Made by a program: the position numbers and the translations under genes. A stretch of 64,000 nucleotides of DNA from the human T2T-CHM13v2.0 reference genome, Homo sapiens: the NCBI RefSeq assembly GCF_009914755.1, contig NC_060932.1. One strand, written 5' to 3'. This document shows, one piece after another, positions 14,790 to 33,524 of the stretch (positions are counted from its first letter, which is position 1; each line of letters opens with the position of its first letter). The notes below the pieces were generated by a model. That model did not search any database, was not told where the DNA came from, and saw only the letters and a list, made by a program, of their open reading frames with translations.

Positions 14790-15430
14790 GAGGATAAAGC
14801 CAGGGAGCTGGGCACCGAGGAAGAGGCTGGGGTCCAAGGGCGCACAGCTGCACCTTCTGCGGGACACCTGAGAAGAAAGGGGTGCCGAGGGCGCTTTGGG
14901 GACGGGGCAGCTGGCGCCCACAGCCAGGCGCGGGTCGACTCCTCACCTCGGGACTGGGACGCGGCGGCTCCTCCCCGCCCTCCGGCCGCGGCGACTCCAG
15001 CAGCGCGGGAGCCACGGCCTCGCCGGCAGGCTCTTTACTCTGTGGATCCTCCATGCCGGCTGTCACGCCAGAGGAGAGTTGCTGGAGCCGGACACTTGCT
15101 AACTCTCACTCTGCAGAGCCCGAAAGCCTCGCCTTTCTCCGTTGAAAAATTACCGGGCTCGCGTTCCCGCGGCGGCGGCCACACAAACTCCAGCGGCCAC
15201 CTCCCACTTCCGGGAGCGTGTGGCGTCCACACGCCGGGCAGGCGCAGTGAGCCGGCGTGCGCGGAACGCCAGCGCCGCAGTCCACAGGGGGAGGGAGGAC
15301 GAACAAGAGGGAGGCGCGCCGGTGAGAAGACGGGGCGTGGCCGGCCGTAGGCGGAGCTAGCGCGGGTTGAAGTTGCGCAAGGATCTAGTCCAGTCACTGG
15401 AGGGTAGCACCGGCACGTGTGTTCCCGTCA
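14790..15430 (-). promoter_or_regulatory. ERI1: ERI1 CpG-island promoter / 5'UTR
   Basis: Dense CpG, GC-rich block around exon 1 with no obvious TATA box. Contains ETS motif ACTTCCGG 15206-15213, E2F-like TTCCCGC 15164-15170, C/EBP-type palindrome TTGCGCAA 15373-15380 and E-box CACGTG 15414-15419. Confidence 0.9.
14947..15054 (-). CDS. ERI1: ERI1 coding exon 1 (codons 1-36, MEDPQSKEPAGEAVAPALLESPRPEGGEEPPRPSPE)
   Basis: ATG at 15054-15052 in good Kozak context (GGCATGG). Peptide matches the recalled human ERI1 N-terminus. Ends at GAG|GTGAGG donor; 108 nt; lies inside CpG island. Confidence 0.97.
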
Positions 15431-16097
15431 GTGTTTCCTGAGAAGGAAAAAAGTAGGGTGAGTGGGAAGATATCATAGAGAAAGATGTTTTCGACCATAA
15501 AAAATAATAAAACAATTCACATTTTCCATAAGGAGTTTCCTAAAACTTCCACTCTGGGCAAGAAAAGAAAATGGGTCGGGACTTAGTGTCCCACTATAAA
15601 CAATTAGAAAACGGAACAAAATATAGGAGACACCTATTCAGACATTGGACAACGGACAGCTGTGGACTGTTTTACCTGAGAGAAAAGAAATAAAAGGAGC
15701 CGTATATCATCCTGCCCTTTTGCCCAGAGGCGATTTCCAGTCTGTGGTGCGATGAAAGGAAATCATATGGAAACCTAGGATCTCCTGCGTTGAAAAGACA
15801 GAGATTGGAGTTGACGAAATTGGGGTAGGCCAAGTCGGTTGGAATTTGTAGGGCAGAATTCTGGAGAGGAGGGAATTACACGGAAAAAGAGCTTCAGAAA
15901 TCTGCTTAGGAGTACCTTGAATCTTTAACTGAATAAAAAACGTGAAACTCCACAAGGCCAGGAAAGAACAATTACTGGGGAGCAGTACACCAAACAATGG
16001 TGAGAGGTCACACAGAACTGGGAATCATTAGAGCTCCCAGCAACCAGAGTGAAGAGATTATTGAATACCATGGAACACGCAATAGAAACCTCAGATG

Positions 16098-16830
16098 TGA
16101 AACTGCCATTGCAAAATTATCATTGAGACAGTGAAAGAGATCGGACCTAACCAACTCCATCTTGCTTTTAACCTCCAGGCTATCCTTATTCATTCCTAGG
16201 CGTAGGCCAAACTAACACTGGGAGGAACTTAGTGTATAGCTTATAGTTTAAAACAAAGGTGATAGCCCTTTCTCAAAATAAACCCTCTTCTTGAGACTAG
16301 ACTGCTTTTGTAAGACTAGTAAATTAGCCGAAAGATTAGAAATTATGATTTAGGACTCATGCAGCTGAAGGCTACAAGATTCTAACCCTCTCCAAATTGC
16401 TCCTGGGGATAATATCACTATTGTAAAATCTAAGATCAGTGCTTGAGATATTTTGCAGGCCCTGCACTTGATGGATCAGCTGGCACCTCCCAGATTGATA
16501 AACTGACTCACCTGATCTTGGATAAACTAGCTCATCTGATTTTGTGTCCCCCACGGGAGGAACTGACTCAGTGCAAGAGGACAGCATCGACTCCCTATGA
16601 TTTCATCTCCTACCCAACCAGTCACCACTCCCATCTCACTGGCTTCTCACCCACCCAATTATCCTTAAAAACTCTGATCCCCAAATGCTCAGGGAGACTG
16701 ATTTGATTAATAAAACTCAGGTCTCCTGCACTGCCAGCTGTGCATGAATTGCTCTTTATTGCAATTCCCCTGTCTTGATAAATCGACTCTGTCTAGGCAG
16801 TAGGCAAGATGAACCTTTTGGGTGGTTACG
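16098..16830 (+). mobile_element. Solo LTR8 (ERV1), ~0.9 kb upstream of and divergent from ERI1
   Basis: Starts TGAAACTGCCATTGCAAAATTAT and ends GGGTGGTTAC, matching recalled LTR8 consensus; AATAAA at ~16709. Confidence 0.8.
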
Positions 16831-17067
16831 AAAGTGTCATGCCTTAGTGAGATATAATAACCGTAGACTGCAGGACCCAGAACATAAACTACTGTAGATT
16901 CTTCAAAAGCCTTAAAACAAGCCCTGAAAGGATCAAACTGCTCTGTAAGTAACCTAATTACCTGTAAGAACAAATTCTAAAACTCTCTGAAAGACTACAG
17001 TAAAATCCAGGATTCAACAACATTAAATTCAAAATGTGAGACATCCAGTCAAAAATTGAAAGACACG

Positions 17068-17190
17068 CAGCACTTGGGGATGCTGAGGCGGGAGGATTGC
17101 TTGAGCCCAGGAGTTTGAGGCTGCAGTGACCTATGATTGCACCACCACAACCCAGCCTGGGTGACAGGGTAAGACTCTGTCTCAAAAGAG
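17068..17190 (+). mobile_element. Alu monomer (FRAM/AluJ right arm)
   Basis: GAGGATTGCTTGAGCCCAGGAGTTTGAGGCTGCAGTGA. Confidence 0.8.
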
Positions 17191-17587
17191 AGAGAGAGAG
17201 ACCAAGTGGTAAGAAAATATCTCACGAAGTTCATAGAAACAAACCCCAAAATGATAAAAATGATGGAATTAACAGACAAGGATTTTAAACACCTGTTATG
17301 AATATGCTCAAAGATTTAAAGGAAGACATGATAGGAGAGAAACTGGAAAGATTTTTGAAAAATCAAATTTCTGGATGGAGGTGAAAAATATTTGAAATAA
17401 AAATTTCTTTGGATGGGATTGCTAGCACATTAAGCAATGCAGAGAAAAAGGTAAATAAATTCAAAGATATAGCAACAGAAACAATACAAAATGACACACA
17501 CACACACAGAAAAAAGATGAATACAGCTTCAGTAACCACTTAAAGAGGCTTAATACTTCAGGACCACTTGAAGAGGCTTAATACTAT

Positions 17588-17705
17588 TGACCTAAAAGGT
17601 AGAAGCTGAGGCAAAATTAATATAACTAGAGAGTTTATTTGGTCCAAGTTTGAGGATTGCAACCCAGGAGCATAGAATTGAAGTTGTGCTGAATCCATCT
17701 ACTCA
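17588..17705 (-). mobile_element. MER4-group LTR end fragment (MER65/MER67-like), copy 1
   Basis: GAGGCAAAATTAATATAA.TAGAGAGTTTATTTGG.CCAAGTTTGAGGATTGCAA shared with the copy at 18305. Confidence 0.5.
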
Positions 17706-18159
17706 GAAGATATGCCAGTTTGGAAGTTAAGTGAACACTTAGTAACCAATCATAATTGTCTTAAGTCTTGCCCATTCTAGATTATTTGCTTTGTTAAATA
17801 GGCAATTGAGATAGGGCATAATTCCAATAACAATAATCTTTGATGGGGTTAAGTAGCCCTTTCTAACCATACATACCTCCATCTCAGCTTCTATCTCAAG
17901 AAATAACTCTTTTGACTTTGTTTCTTTGACTTCTAGAACTAGTGCAGCAGCATCAAGAAATTAGACCTGCCATAAATAAAAAGACCCAGAAGAAGATACT
18001 CTAATAAGTAGTGAGGCTTTTGTCCATGAAGCCTATGATGAGCAGCTGTGCTGGGGAAACTCCAAGAAGTTTCTCTAAGGAAATTGGATTGTGAGACACA
18101 GTTAAAGAATGTCCCTTCTGAAAAATCCTAGCTAGGTGAAAATAGTCGAAGTCAGTCAA

Positions 18160-18190
<31 letters not shown>

Positions 18191-18304
18191 ATACAAGCTA
18201 GATGAAAATAGCTACATGAAAATTACTATCGTGCAGTAACTTTTTTTGTCTTTAGACTCTGGTTTGAGCTATTAAAGGTTGAACAAAGTGAAACATGCAT
18301 GAAA

Positions 18305-18480
18305 TAACCGAAAAGGAAGATGAGGCAAAATTAATATAAGTAGAGTTTATCTGGGCCAAGTTTGAGGATTGCAATTGTAGATTCAAGTTGCCCTGGGTAT
18401 ACTCAGATCAGTAGAAGCTACAAGTGAATTTTTAAAGGAAAGAGGCAGTTGCTGGGTTGTTTATCAAGAATTTACTGTAA
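18305..18480 (-). mobile_element. MER4-group LTR end fragment, copy 2
   Basis: Same motif as 17588-17705. Confidence 0.5.
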
Positions 18481-18590
18481 GGCCAGGCGTGATGGCCCAC
18501 ACCTGTAATCCCAGCAGTTTGCCAGGCTGAGGTGCGAGGACCACTTAAGCTCAGGACCAACCTGGCCACATGGTGAAACCTCATCTCTAC
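18481..18590 (+). mobile_element. Alu left monomer followed by (GGAA/GGAG)n tract to ~18645
   Basis: Left-arm consensus only. Confidence 0.8.
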
Positions 18591-18969
18591 AGAAGGAAGG
18601 AAGGAAGGGAAGGAGGGAGGGAGGGAAGGAAAGAAAAAGAAAGACAGGCAATCAACAAAAGAAATAAGTAAAATGCTTATAGTATGGAGAAAAGTAAAAC
18701 AGGAAAAGGGAATGGGAGGGTGCCCAGGTATGGAGGGGGTTACAATTTTAAATAGAATCGTTAGGGAAGACCTCTCTAATGATGTGCCATTTGTGTAAAG
18801 ACTTGAAGAGGCAAGGGAGTAAACTGAGTATATATGGGAGAAGAGAAGTTTAGGCAGAGTAAACAAGTGAAAAGATCCTGAGCTGGGAGTGTACCCAAAA
18901 TGTTTAAGAAATATCACTGTGTTCAGTACTTTCTTATGACTGTGTGACATCAGTATGCAGGAGACCTAA

Positions 18970-19353
<384 letters not shown>

Positions 19354-20221
19354 TGACTTTAGCACCTCCTGTTTAAAATAAAATGTGTGCCATAGTTGAA
19401 CAGTTAAAGAGAAAGCTTCCCTGAGTATTTCAGCTATGCCACAGTCTAAAAGAGAAGTTCGAGAATTGGTTATTCTCTATTCACCCCAGTGGAAAAATGT
19501 ACCTACCTTTCCTCTAGCTTCAGTGTCCTGGGATTAGTCAGCTGTCAGTGAAGATCAATGTATTGTTAGACAGCAGGGTTAGTAAATTACTCTAGGCTGC
19601 ACTAAATATGTGACTTTCACATAGCAAAATGCCTTTTGTTTCTAAGCTGTCTCCCATTGCTGCCTGATGCCACGTGTTAGATAATTCCATATGTTTAGGT
19701 CTGTATTTGAGCAACCTGCTCTGTTCTCTTGGTCTCTGGTATCTGTTCTTATACCCTTCCCACACTGCTTTCTATTACTCAGCTCTGCAATATGTCTTCA
19801 TATCTTATAAAACAAGTTCCTCCTCTTTACTCTTCTTTTTCAATACTGACTTAGCTATTTGTGGATATTTAATCTTTCATGTATACTTTAGGACAAATTT
19901 TTTGCTCTTCAAAAAATCCAATCCAATCCAATCCAAAAAATTCATTAAGATTGAATTCACTCGATTGATTTGAGGAGAAATGACATATTAATTTATCCTC
20001 TTGTAATATAGAACTGCTAATTCAGATTGTCTTTTATGACGATCTTTAACATTTCACAATTTTCTCCATAGATATCTTGTACATTCGTAACCAAGAATTC
20101 CTAGATACATTATGGGTTTTTTCCCATTATGAATGGTAAATTATTTTATACCATTACATAAAATATTATTGATTTTTAAGTTAAATAAACAAAAACAAAG
20201 AAATAAAAGACAACCAGATTA

Positions 20222-20550
<329 letters not shown>

Positions 20551-20554
20551 CATA

Positions 20555-21730
<1,176 letters not shown>

Positions 21731-22229
21731 TAAACATTCTTTTTTTATTAATCCCCAGAACATTCTGGATAATTTCTAAACTTTCTTGTAAATTTTAATA
21801 GTTTTATTATTCTGTTGCTTTTTTTCTAAAATTATCAAATTCTGCAAATAATCAGTTTTAGCCCTGCCCTTCCTTATACCCCTTATATCTCTTTCTTTTC
21901 TTATTGCATTGGCCAGGAGTCTTTGTAATATATTAATAGTAATGGTGCTGTGCTGATTTCATGGGAAATGTGTATAAAGCTTTTCTATTTAGTTTAATGG
22001 TTTCTGCAAGTTACAAAGTCTTTTCCTTCAGTCATTTAAAAACATTATTTTCTTCCTGTATCCTATGTTTATTTGAAAAGTGTAATGTTGATATGATTCT
22101 TGCTCGTCTATGGATAATCTGTTCTTTCTCTCTGGAGTCTGCAAATTTTCTTTTTGTCATTGATGTTCTTAAATTTCATTGTAATAGATCTAGGTGAGGA
22201 TTCTCCTTTTTTTCTATAATAAAAAACAT

Positions 22230-22364
22230 AATTTTTTGTATTTTTAGTAGAGATGGGGTTTCACCATGTTGGCTAGGCTGGTCTTGAACTCCTGACCTCA
22301 GGTGATCCACCTGCCTTGGCATCCCAAAGTGCTGGGATTACAGGCGTGAACCACCATGCCGGCC
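22230..22364 (-). mobile_element. Alu left arm
   Basis: Left-arm consensus. Confidence 0.85.
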
Positions 22365-22406
22365 ACCTCATTTTAATTTAATCACTTCTTTAAAGACCTA
22401 ATCTCC

Positions 22407-23493
<1,087 letters not shown>

Positions 23494-23576
23494 CTCTAAA
23501 TATGGGTACATTCTGAGGTACTGGGGGTTAGGTCTTCAACACATAAATTTAGGGGGACACAACTCACCCCATTACA
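23494..23576 (-). mobile_element. MLT1B/C MaLR LTR 5' fragment (continues at 22365-22406)
   Basis: Reverse complement TGTAATGGG...TGTGTCCCCCTAAATTTATGTGTTGAAGACCTAACCCCCAGTACCTCAGAATGT matches MLT1 5' end. Confidence 0.7.
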
Positions 23577-24079
23577 TTTGGCATTTACATTCTATTGCAG
23601 AGCTATCATTTCACATTTGATTTAGTTTATTTCTCATGTTTTGGCTTATTACCTCGCTGGCTTAGTTTCAACAGCCCCTTATCATAACTTCTCATAGCTT
23701 CTGTGGTTCACTATCATAAATCCCTTGCCAACATCCCAACCTTTTTCCCTGCGAAAACCCGCCATGATCATAAATCTATTTTCCTTCTTCATGCTTTCTC
23801 TGAGTTCTGAGAGAGGCCTTAGAGATCATACAATGGCCAGATCAGTGATGTGAAGAATTAATGACCACCTGCTCCACCTGGGTGCTAATCCTCCTTGGCA
23901 GCCGTCATATTTCTCTCCTTGTCTTGTCTTCCCTCTCTCCACAACTTCTGCAGCAAACCTTCTTTGCTCTCACCTCCAACCTTCCATCTCCTTTCCCATG
24001 TACTCTCACCAGACAACCTTGCCTCCTGCTTCACAAAGAAAACAGTTTTAGCTTTTTACTGCCAAGTCTACATGCTCAC

Positions 24080-24540
<461 letters not shown>

Positions 24541-24914
24541 CCACCTGAGTCCTAGCCCCGCCCCTTTCAGCCACTCCTCCCTCCCACCTTCATTTTCTGG
24601 TTTGATACCACCACTCGCTCCCTCAATTCCCCTCCTCTCCTACCTTCCCAGCAATCTTGAATTTTGTATTATCCAATCTCTGTTCTGTATCTTCAGTGTT
24701 TTCCTCATCAGTAGACCTTTCCCTTTGGCATTTAAATGAGCTTGACTCAAAATTTTCCAACTTAAATAGCCCTCCAGCCAAACAAAACACCTCCTTCAAC
24801 CTCAGAATTCCTATGGCTGCCGCACTATCTTTTCTCCCGCCCCCTTTGGTGCTAAACTTCTTGAAAGAATTGTCGCTTTTTTCACACATCTACCCACTAT
24901 TCAACCTACCCTAA

Positions 24915-25357
<443 letters not shown>

Positions 25358-25769
25358 GACTATTCTTTATTTACTGCAACACTCTTTTCCTTTGGTCTCC
25401 ATGACAGCACACTCGCCTGCTTCCTTCCTTTTTCTCTGGCCATTTCTTCTCAATCTCCCTGATCAGTTCCCCCTCTTATATCCAATCATTTAATTCCGGA
25501 ATTCCTTCAGGACTTGGATCTTAGGCCCTGTTCATAACTTTTATATTCTTTTCAAAGTATAGATTCTTGCTCTAGGTATTCTATGCATTCATCTAGCTTT
25601 ATTTACCATCCAGTAGCCAATGACTCCAAAACCTGTTTCTACCCACGATCTTAACTCAGAGCACCAGAGCCACATAACGACTTGCCTATTCACAAACACC
25701 ACAAACTTGACATATCCAAGGTGAAATCATCATCTTCCTCCCCAAACCAGCCACTTCTCTAGTGTTTCT

Positions 25770-26066
25770 GTTTTTCTTTTTTCTTTTTGTTTTTTTTTGT
25801 TTGTTTGTTTGAGGCAGGATGTCCCTCTGTCGCCCAGGCTGGAAGTGCAGTAGCGCAATGATTGCTCAAGTGACCCTCCTACCTCAGCCTCCCGACTAGC
25901 TGGGACTACAACCGCTCACCACCACACCCGGCTGATTTTTGTATTTTTTAGTAGAGGCAGGGTTTTGCCATATTGCCCAGGCTGGTCTCCAGCTCCTGGA
26001 CTGAAGCAATCCTCCCACTTCGATCTCCCAAGGTATTGGGATTACAGGCGTGAACCACCATGCCCA
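25770..26066 (-). mobile_element. AluJ with internal deletion
   Basis: Diverged Alu. Confidence 0.82.
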
Positions 26067-26460
26067 GAATGGTGTTTCTTTTCTCAGTAAATAGCTCTAC
26101 AATCCACGCAGTTGATTGGGCCAAAAATATGGGCATCACTTTTGACTTTTTTAAATCTTTTCCTTCCTTAATGCCTTCAGGATGATCTGTGTTATATTTT
26201 TGTCTCCTGATTTAGCACAAACTACCTTTTTTCTCTTTCCATTCTTCTTTTAGTACCTCCACACACCATGCCGGTTCCCATTTCAGAACTTTTGTTAGCT
26301 AATTTCATTCATTGTTTAGGTCAGAGATTCAATTTCCCTTCCTCCAGGATTTTCCCCCCAAACTCCCAGATTTTGTTACATCTCACCCTTTGTGGAATCT
26401 GCCTCCTTTCTTGGCATGTTTTCTTTTTTTTAGGATAAAGATTTGAAAAAAAGAAGAAAA

Positions 26461-26595
26461 GACCAGTGGCAATGGTTCACACCTGTAATCCCAGCACTTT
26501 GGGAGGCTGAGGCGAGAGGATAACTTGAAGCCAAGAGTTTGAGACCAGCCCGGACATCATAGTGAGACTCCATCTCTACAAAAAATAAAGAGGAA
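26461..26595 (+). mobile_element. Alu left monomer (FLAM-like)
   Basis: Left-arm consensus with A tail. Confidence 0.8.
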
Positions 26596-26619
26596 AAAAT
26601 ACAATTAAAATTTGATTGG

Positions 26620-27058
26620 GAATAAAATAGGCCTTAAATGTATGTGGCTTCAGTGAGGTAGAAGTTAACATATTTCTCTCTGAGGTTAATAGAAAGATGT
26701 CGAGGACTTAGGGCTTTTCTGTCTTGTAGCTTTATCATTCCTAGTATGCTGTCCTCATTCCCATGTTCCAGACACCTCCCCATTTCACACACCGTTCAGC
26801 CAATGGAAAGACAGAAACAGTAAAAGGGAGGCTATGTATTTCTCTATAACTTCTTCTCACATCCTGAAGTCATGCATATTAATTCTGCTTATATCTTGCC
26901 CTTTGGTACTTAGTTATAGGACCACACATTAGTTGCAAAATTAGACTGGTGAAAATGTTGTCTTGTTTCTGTGGACAATTACTTATGAACAATTGAAAGT
27001 CTATCACTATTGAAGAAGGGAAGATCAAATATTAGGACCACTAACAGTCTCTGCCACA
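26620..27058. mobile_element. Old ERVL LTR (LTR33-like)
   Basis: Diverged motifs ...GGACCACACATTAGTTGCAA...CAGTCTCTGCCACA. Confidence 0.4.
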
Positions 27059-27251
27059 ATTCTGGTGACCCCACATATCCACACATACCGTTTTTCCTAC
27101 ACATAAAACATACTTGCCCTTTCCCTAATGGAGGCAACCCCCAAGTCTCATTCTAAGCATTACACGATTGTTTAAGAACATTTGTGTGACCTGGTACAAA
27201 TCATGCCCTATCTAATCTTGATCACAAAAACAAACAGGATCCTCTGCTCTA

Positions 27252-27773
<522 letters not shown>

Positions 27774-28007
27774 TATGTCATCCATCAAAGTTCATTTTGC
27801 ACATATTTATGTGTCTTTGTTTAAATAAACATGCTTAAGCCTGTATGTTAAAAATTTCAGATTTGTTTTGAAATTGAGTGGAAGAAACTCAATTTTTTTT
27901 GGCATAAAAAAGAAAATGGACTTTCTAGTATGAAGAATTCCAGATTTTTTTTTACCATTTGAATTATAAATGATTAATTTGAGGCTTATCATAATTTGAC
28001 TCACTCA

Positions 28008-28372
<365 letters not shown>

Positions 28373-29371
28373 TTAATTTAAAAATACGTGCAATTTCTAT
28401 TTGTATGTTTGTTCAGCTTCCTAACGTCTTCTGTTGTCTCAGAAACTCATAAAGTTGTTTTGGAAAAAATTATACAATTTTTCTGATTGCAAAAGTCATG
28501 CATGTTCAATTGAGAAAATTAAGAAAATGAGGGATGTCTTCCATCAAGCTTTTTAATAGCAACAGAACCAGATATCAGGCTGTAAAATAAGTTAGTTTCT
28601 TCAAATGCCACCAGAGGGTACTCAAACGAAACATTGCTCTATCTGGAGTGCAAGAAACAGGCTTCTATGCTGTTGAAGGAGCTCACCGGCTTTCAGTTTT
28701 AGTTTAGTTTGACAACTGATAAGGAGGAATTAAAAATTCCTAGTCAGTATAACATGTATTTGAATAAATGTCCAATTTTTGAAAAGGTTCAGCAGTATCC
28801 TTTTTGGAACCTAATTACACATTCCTGTAGATAGCAAACATTTATCAAATACATATTGGTATTATGATGGGTGCCATGGATAAAATTAGAGTAAAACTTG
28901 ATTCTGACATTTCAGGATTCATATTTTCTCTGGGGGAAGAGGCATATGTAAACAAATGGATTAGAATCCAATGTGTTGTGCACCACACTAAAAATCTTTT
29001 GAAGGACAGGATTAATTCTGCTAAAGGCAGATGAATCAAAAGAATGCTTCCCAGAGGAACTGGACCTTACAGAAGTAGGCAGTTTTGGACTTCCAGGCTA
29101 ATGTAGTGAATTGAACATATCCCTTTAATTTTTCTCTCTCTTGAACCCCATAAAAATAGGAGTTGTTTTGTTTTGAGACCTAAACCCACAAGGACTAGAA
29201 GAATAGGAGAGGAGACAACAGCTATGACATTTTAGAAGCTGCAAAACCAGTGGATCAGTGCAAAGTGATTTAACAAACTTGTTTCTCATAACAATATGAG
29301 AAAACAAAATCCCAAGCTGCCAGGGGGAAAGCTGAGAACAAACCACACTTATACCGCAAAATCTTCAAAGG

Positions 29372-29568
29372 TTGTTAACAACAATTTACTGTATATTTCG
29401 AAATATCTAACAGTGAAATTGAAATGTTCCTAACACAAAGAAATGACAGATCCTTCAGGTGATGGGTATCCCAGTTATCCTGATTGGATCATTACACATT
29501 GTATCCTTGTAACAAAATATGACATATACCCAATAAATGTGTACAACTCTTATATGTCCATAATAAAA
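29372..29568 (+). mobile_element. L1MA 3' end
   Basis: TTAACAACAATTTACTGTATATTTC...AACACAAAGAAATGA...GATCATTACACATTGTAT. Confidence 0.7.
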
Positions 29569-29804
29569 CAGGAGATCTAACACAGGACAGAGGCAGAGAG
29601 AATCCCCAAGATGATGGAGGAAGATCGCAGCATGACAGCTGTGCTCCAGGGGACAGTTGTGAGGATCGGAGCAGCGCAATTCAAGAGACAGGCACGTTGA
29701 ATGCTGTTACCACCAAGATGTTGAATGCTATTGCATACTCTATTTAACAGGTGAACAGAAAGTCCAGTGAATCTAGTCAGATTTTGATGTGTGATTACTT
29801 TGCC

Positions 29805-30098
<294 letters not shown>

Positions 30099-30287
30099 GC
30101 TTACTTTCTCTTGATCAAAACTTGAGGAAGTTCCACTTTCCCCTCCAAGTCCTGCTGCTATATCAGTTGAAGATACTCATTCACCCCACAGAAGTATTGT
30201 GCTTTGAATTATGCAAGAGCTGGAGATAAAACGTGGTAAGCTAAGAAAGAGAAAACACACTGTAACTCACTGTGTCTAACCATATAT

Positions 30288-30589
30288 CTTTCTTTTTTTT
30301 TTTTTTTTTGAGACGGAGTCTCACTCTGTCACCCAGGCTGGAGTGCAGTGACATGATCTCGGCTCACTGCAACCTCCAACTCCCGGGTTCAAGCGATTCT
30401 CCTGACTCAGCCTCCTGAGTAGCTGGGATTACAGGTGCACACCACCACGCCCAGCTAATTTTTGTGTTTTTAGTAGAGATGGGGTTTCACCATGTTGGCC
30501 AGGCTGGTCTCGATCTCCTGACCTTGTGATCCACCTGCCTCGGACTCACAAAGTGCTGGGATTACAGGCGTAAGCCATTGTGCCGGGCC
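30288..30589 (-). mobile_element. Alu (Sc/Sg-type)
   Basis: Dimeric Alu. Confidence 0.9.
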
Positions 30590-31364
30590 TATATGTCTTC
30601 TTGATATTTGGTAATCCACGCCATAGTTCTGTCTGATGCCCTTACATGCCTACATTTCCTAGGACACACATACAGCTTTGCCCACCAATTTCCAAAGGTT
30701 TCCCATCAGCAATCAAGCAAGATGGAGCCAGGCTGTGACTTAGAGACTGTTCAGATTACCTGGGAGACTTCATCAAATAGAGACGATTTTGTCCCTCCTC
30801 ATACAGCTAAGTTTGTGTTTGCATCTTAATTTTCAAAACTAAACAATATGATAGCTAGGCGCATATCCCTACATGAAAAATAGATTTTGAAAAGGCAATA
30901 AAAAAGAGACAAGTGGGGGCTCCTAATGCACTAAGTTCTATTTCTCAGTGGGGATGATAGATGCAAAAAGCATTTCATTAATAGTAGTATGTTACTTATA
31001 TGTTGTTAAAAGTTCATTTGTGTATATAATACATTTTACCATTTGTAAAAGTACAGAAGAGAAAAACATTATTTGCAAAAAATTATAAGCCTCTATTTTG
31101 CTCTAAATAATATAATTATAAACTTGAATGTTTTATTAAACTATGGCAAAATATAATAATGAGGAGGAAGTTTCCAGGCAGAGGAGGCGGGGGTATACTT
31201 CAGGAAATTCGCAGAAAGGGGAGGAGGCTTGAAGGTACCTGCCATGGTACTCGTGGGACCAATAATCAAAGATGCAATGGAAGGCAATAGCCTGTTCCCA
31301 GAAAACATTCCTAGTGCGAGAGCAAGCAAGATTAATGGCACGTCTTGGCAAATTTTTGAATTAA

Positions 31365-31723
<359 letters not shown>

Positions 31724-32069
31724 AAAAACTAGAACTCTTAAAACAGCAAAAATTAGATAGGCCTCAAATTTATCTGAAATACTAAATTCCAGAAGCCAAT
31801 AAACAACATTTACAACATTTTGAGGGAAAAAGTTTACACTCTAAGAATTTTATTGTCAACCAAGGTATCTGTCGTTTGTGAGGTAAACAAAAATTCTTAG
31901 CTATGCAAGGGCCCATTAAAAAATGTTTGAATAAGTACTCTAGGCAATTGAAAATTATTACATTTAAAATGGAGATTTCATGATGGAATTTTGTAGGGTT
32001 TTATTGAAGGCATTTCTTTGGTCATTGTCAAAATCACAAAGCTCAATATTATAGAAACCATATGACAAT

Positions 32070-32232
32070 AGCCCTTAAATTTTAGTGTGTGTGAGAATCC
32101 CGAGGAACTCCATAATAATGTAGATTCCTGGGGTCCTTATTTCAGGATTTGACTTTATAGATCTGGGTAGCCTCAGAATCTTCATTTGTACCTCACATTG
32201 CAGGGATTCTGAGTAGGTATTAAGAATAACCA
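32070..32232. mobile_element. MER5-type hAT MITE
   Basis: AATGTAGATTCCTGGG...TAGATCTGGG...GGGATTCTGA...TTAAGAATAACC. Confidence 0.55.
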
Positions 32233-32533
32233 TATTTTAATGGAAATAGGACAAGATTAAACTGCTAAGTTTCAGTCTTAGTGACAAAACCACTGATATT
32301 AAGAAAAGAAAGGGAAATTTCAAGAATATTTAAATTCTGTAATCAGAAGAAGCACTGTGCATCTAAAACATGATGATATTTTCAACTTACGATGGATGTG
32401 TGAGGTCATAACCCCACAGTAAGTTGAGGAGTATCTGTACCTTATCAAATGCCAGCACACAGGCTGGAGCATTCATTACCCATTCCTGTCTGAATCAACT
32501 ATCATTATGGTACTCCTTAAACAATGACTTTAA

Positions 32534-32837
<304 letters not shown>

Positions 32838-33194
32838 TTAAATGATGATTTTTTCTATTTCCATAATTCCTTCTGTAGTTGACATTCTACTACAAAGAGA
32901 TGCTTTCCTATTTAATTTACATATATATATATATATATGTCAGTATGGACTCATGGCTTCCTATTTTATTTGAGGAAATGTAATCCATTTCTATCATTTT
33001 TTTAGGGGAGGGGGATGACACAGATTAACCTAGATTTGGCCAAGGGAGTTTCTTCAAGCTGCTTCCTATGTCCTTTTGACATGTTCCCATTATTTTTTTT
33101 TTTTTAGCATTTTCTTACATTCTTGTGCAACAAACTGTTTCAAGCTCATTCTGTCTTTCCCTTGTCCTGGCCCAGGAATTTGCCAGTTCTCTAA

Positions 33195-33524
<330 letters not shown>

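Larger units (their letters stand above)
15580..17580 (+). mobile_element. Old L1M 5'/ORF1 remnant interrupted by LTR8 and an Alu monomer
   Basis: A-rich L1M-like motifs (CAGACAAGGATTTTAAA...AATATGCTCAAAGATTTAAAGGAA). Confidence 0.45.

Noticed and set aside
14619-15397. Multiple overlapping ORFs at the ERI1 promoter and the GTG-initiated MTAG extension
   Set aside because: GC-rich stop-poor artefacts. An in-frame TGA at 15108-15106 limits any N-terminal extension, and I saw no upstream ATG in the proximal 5'UTR.
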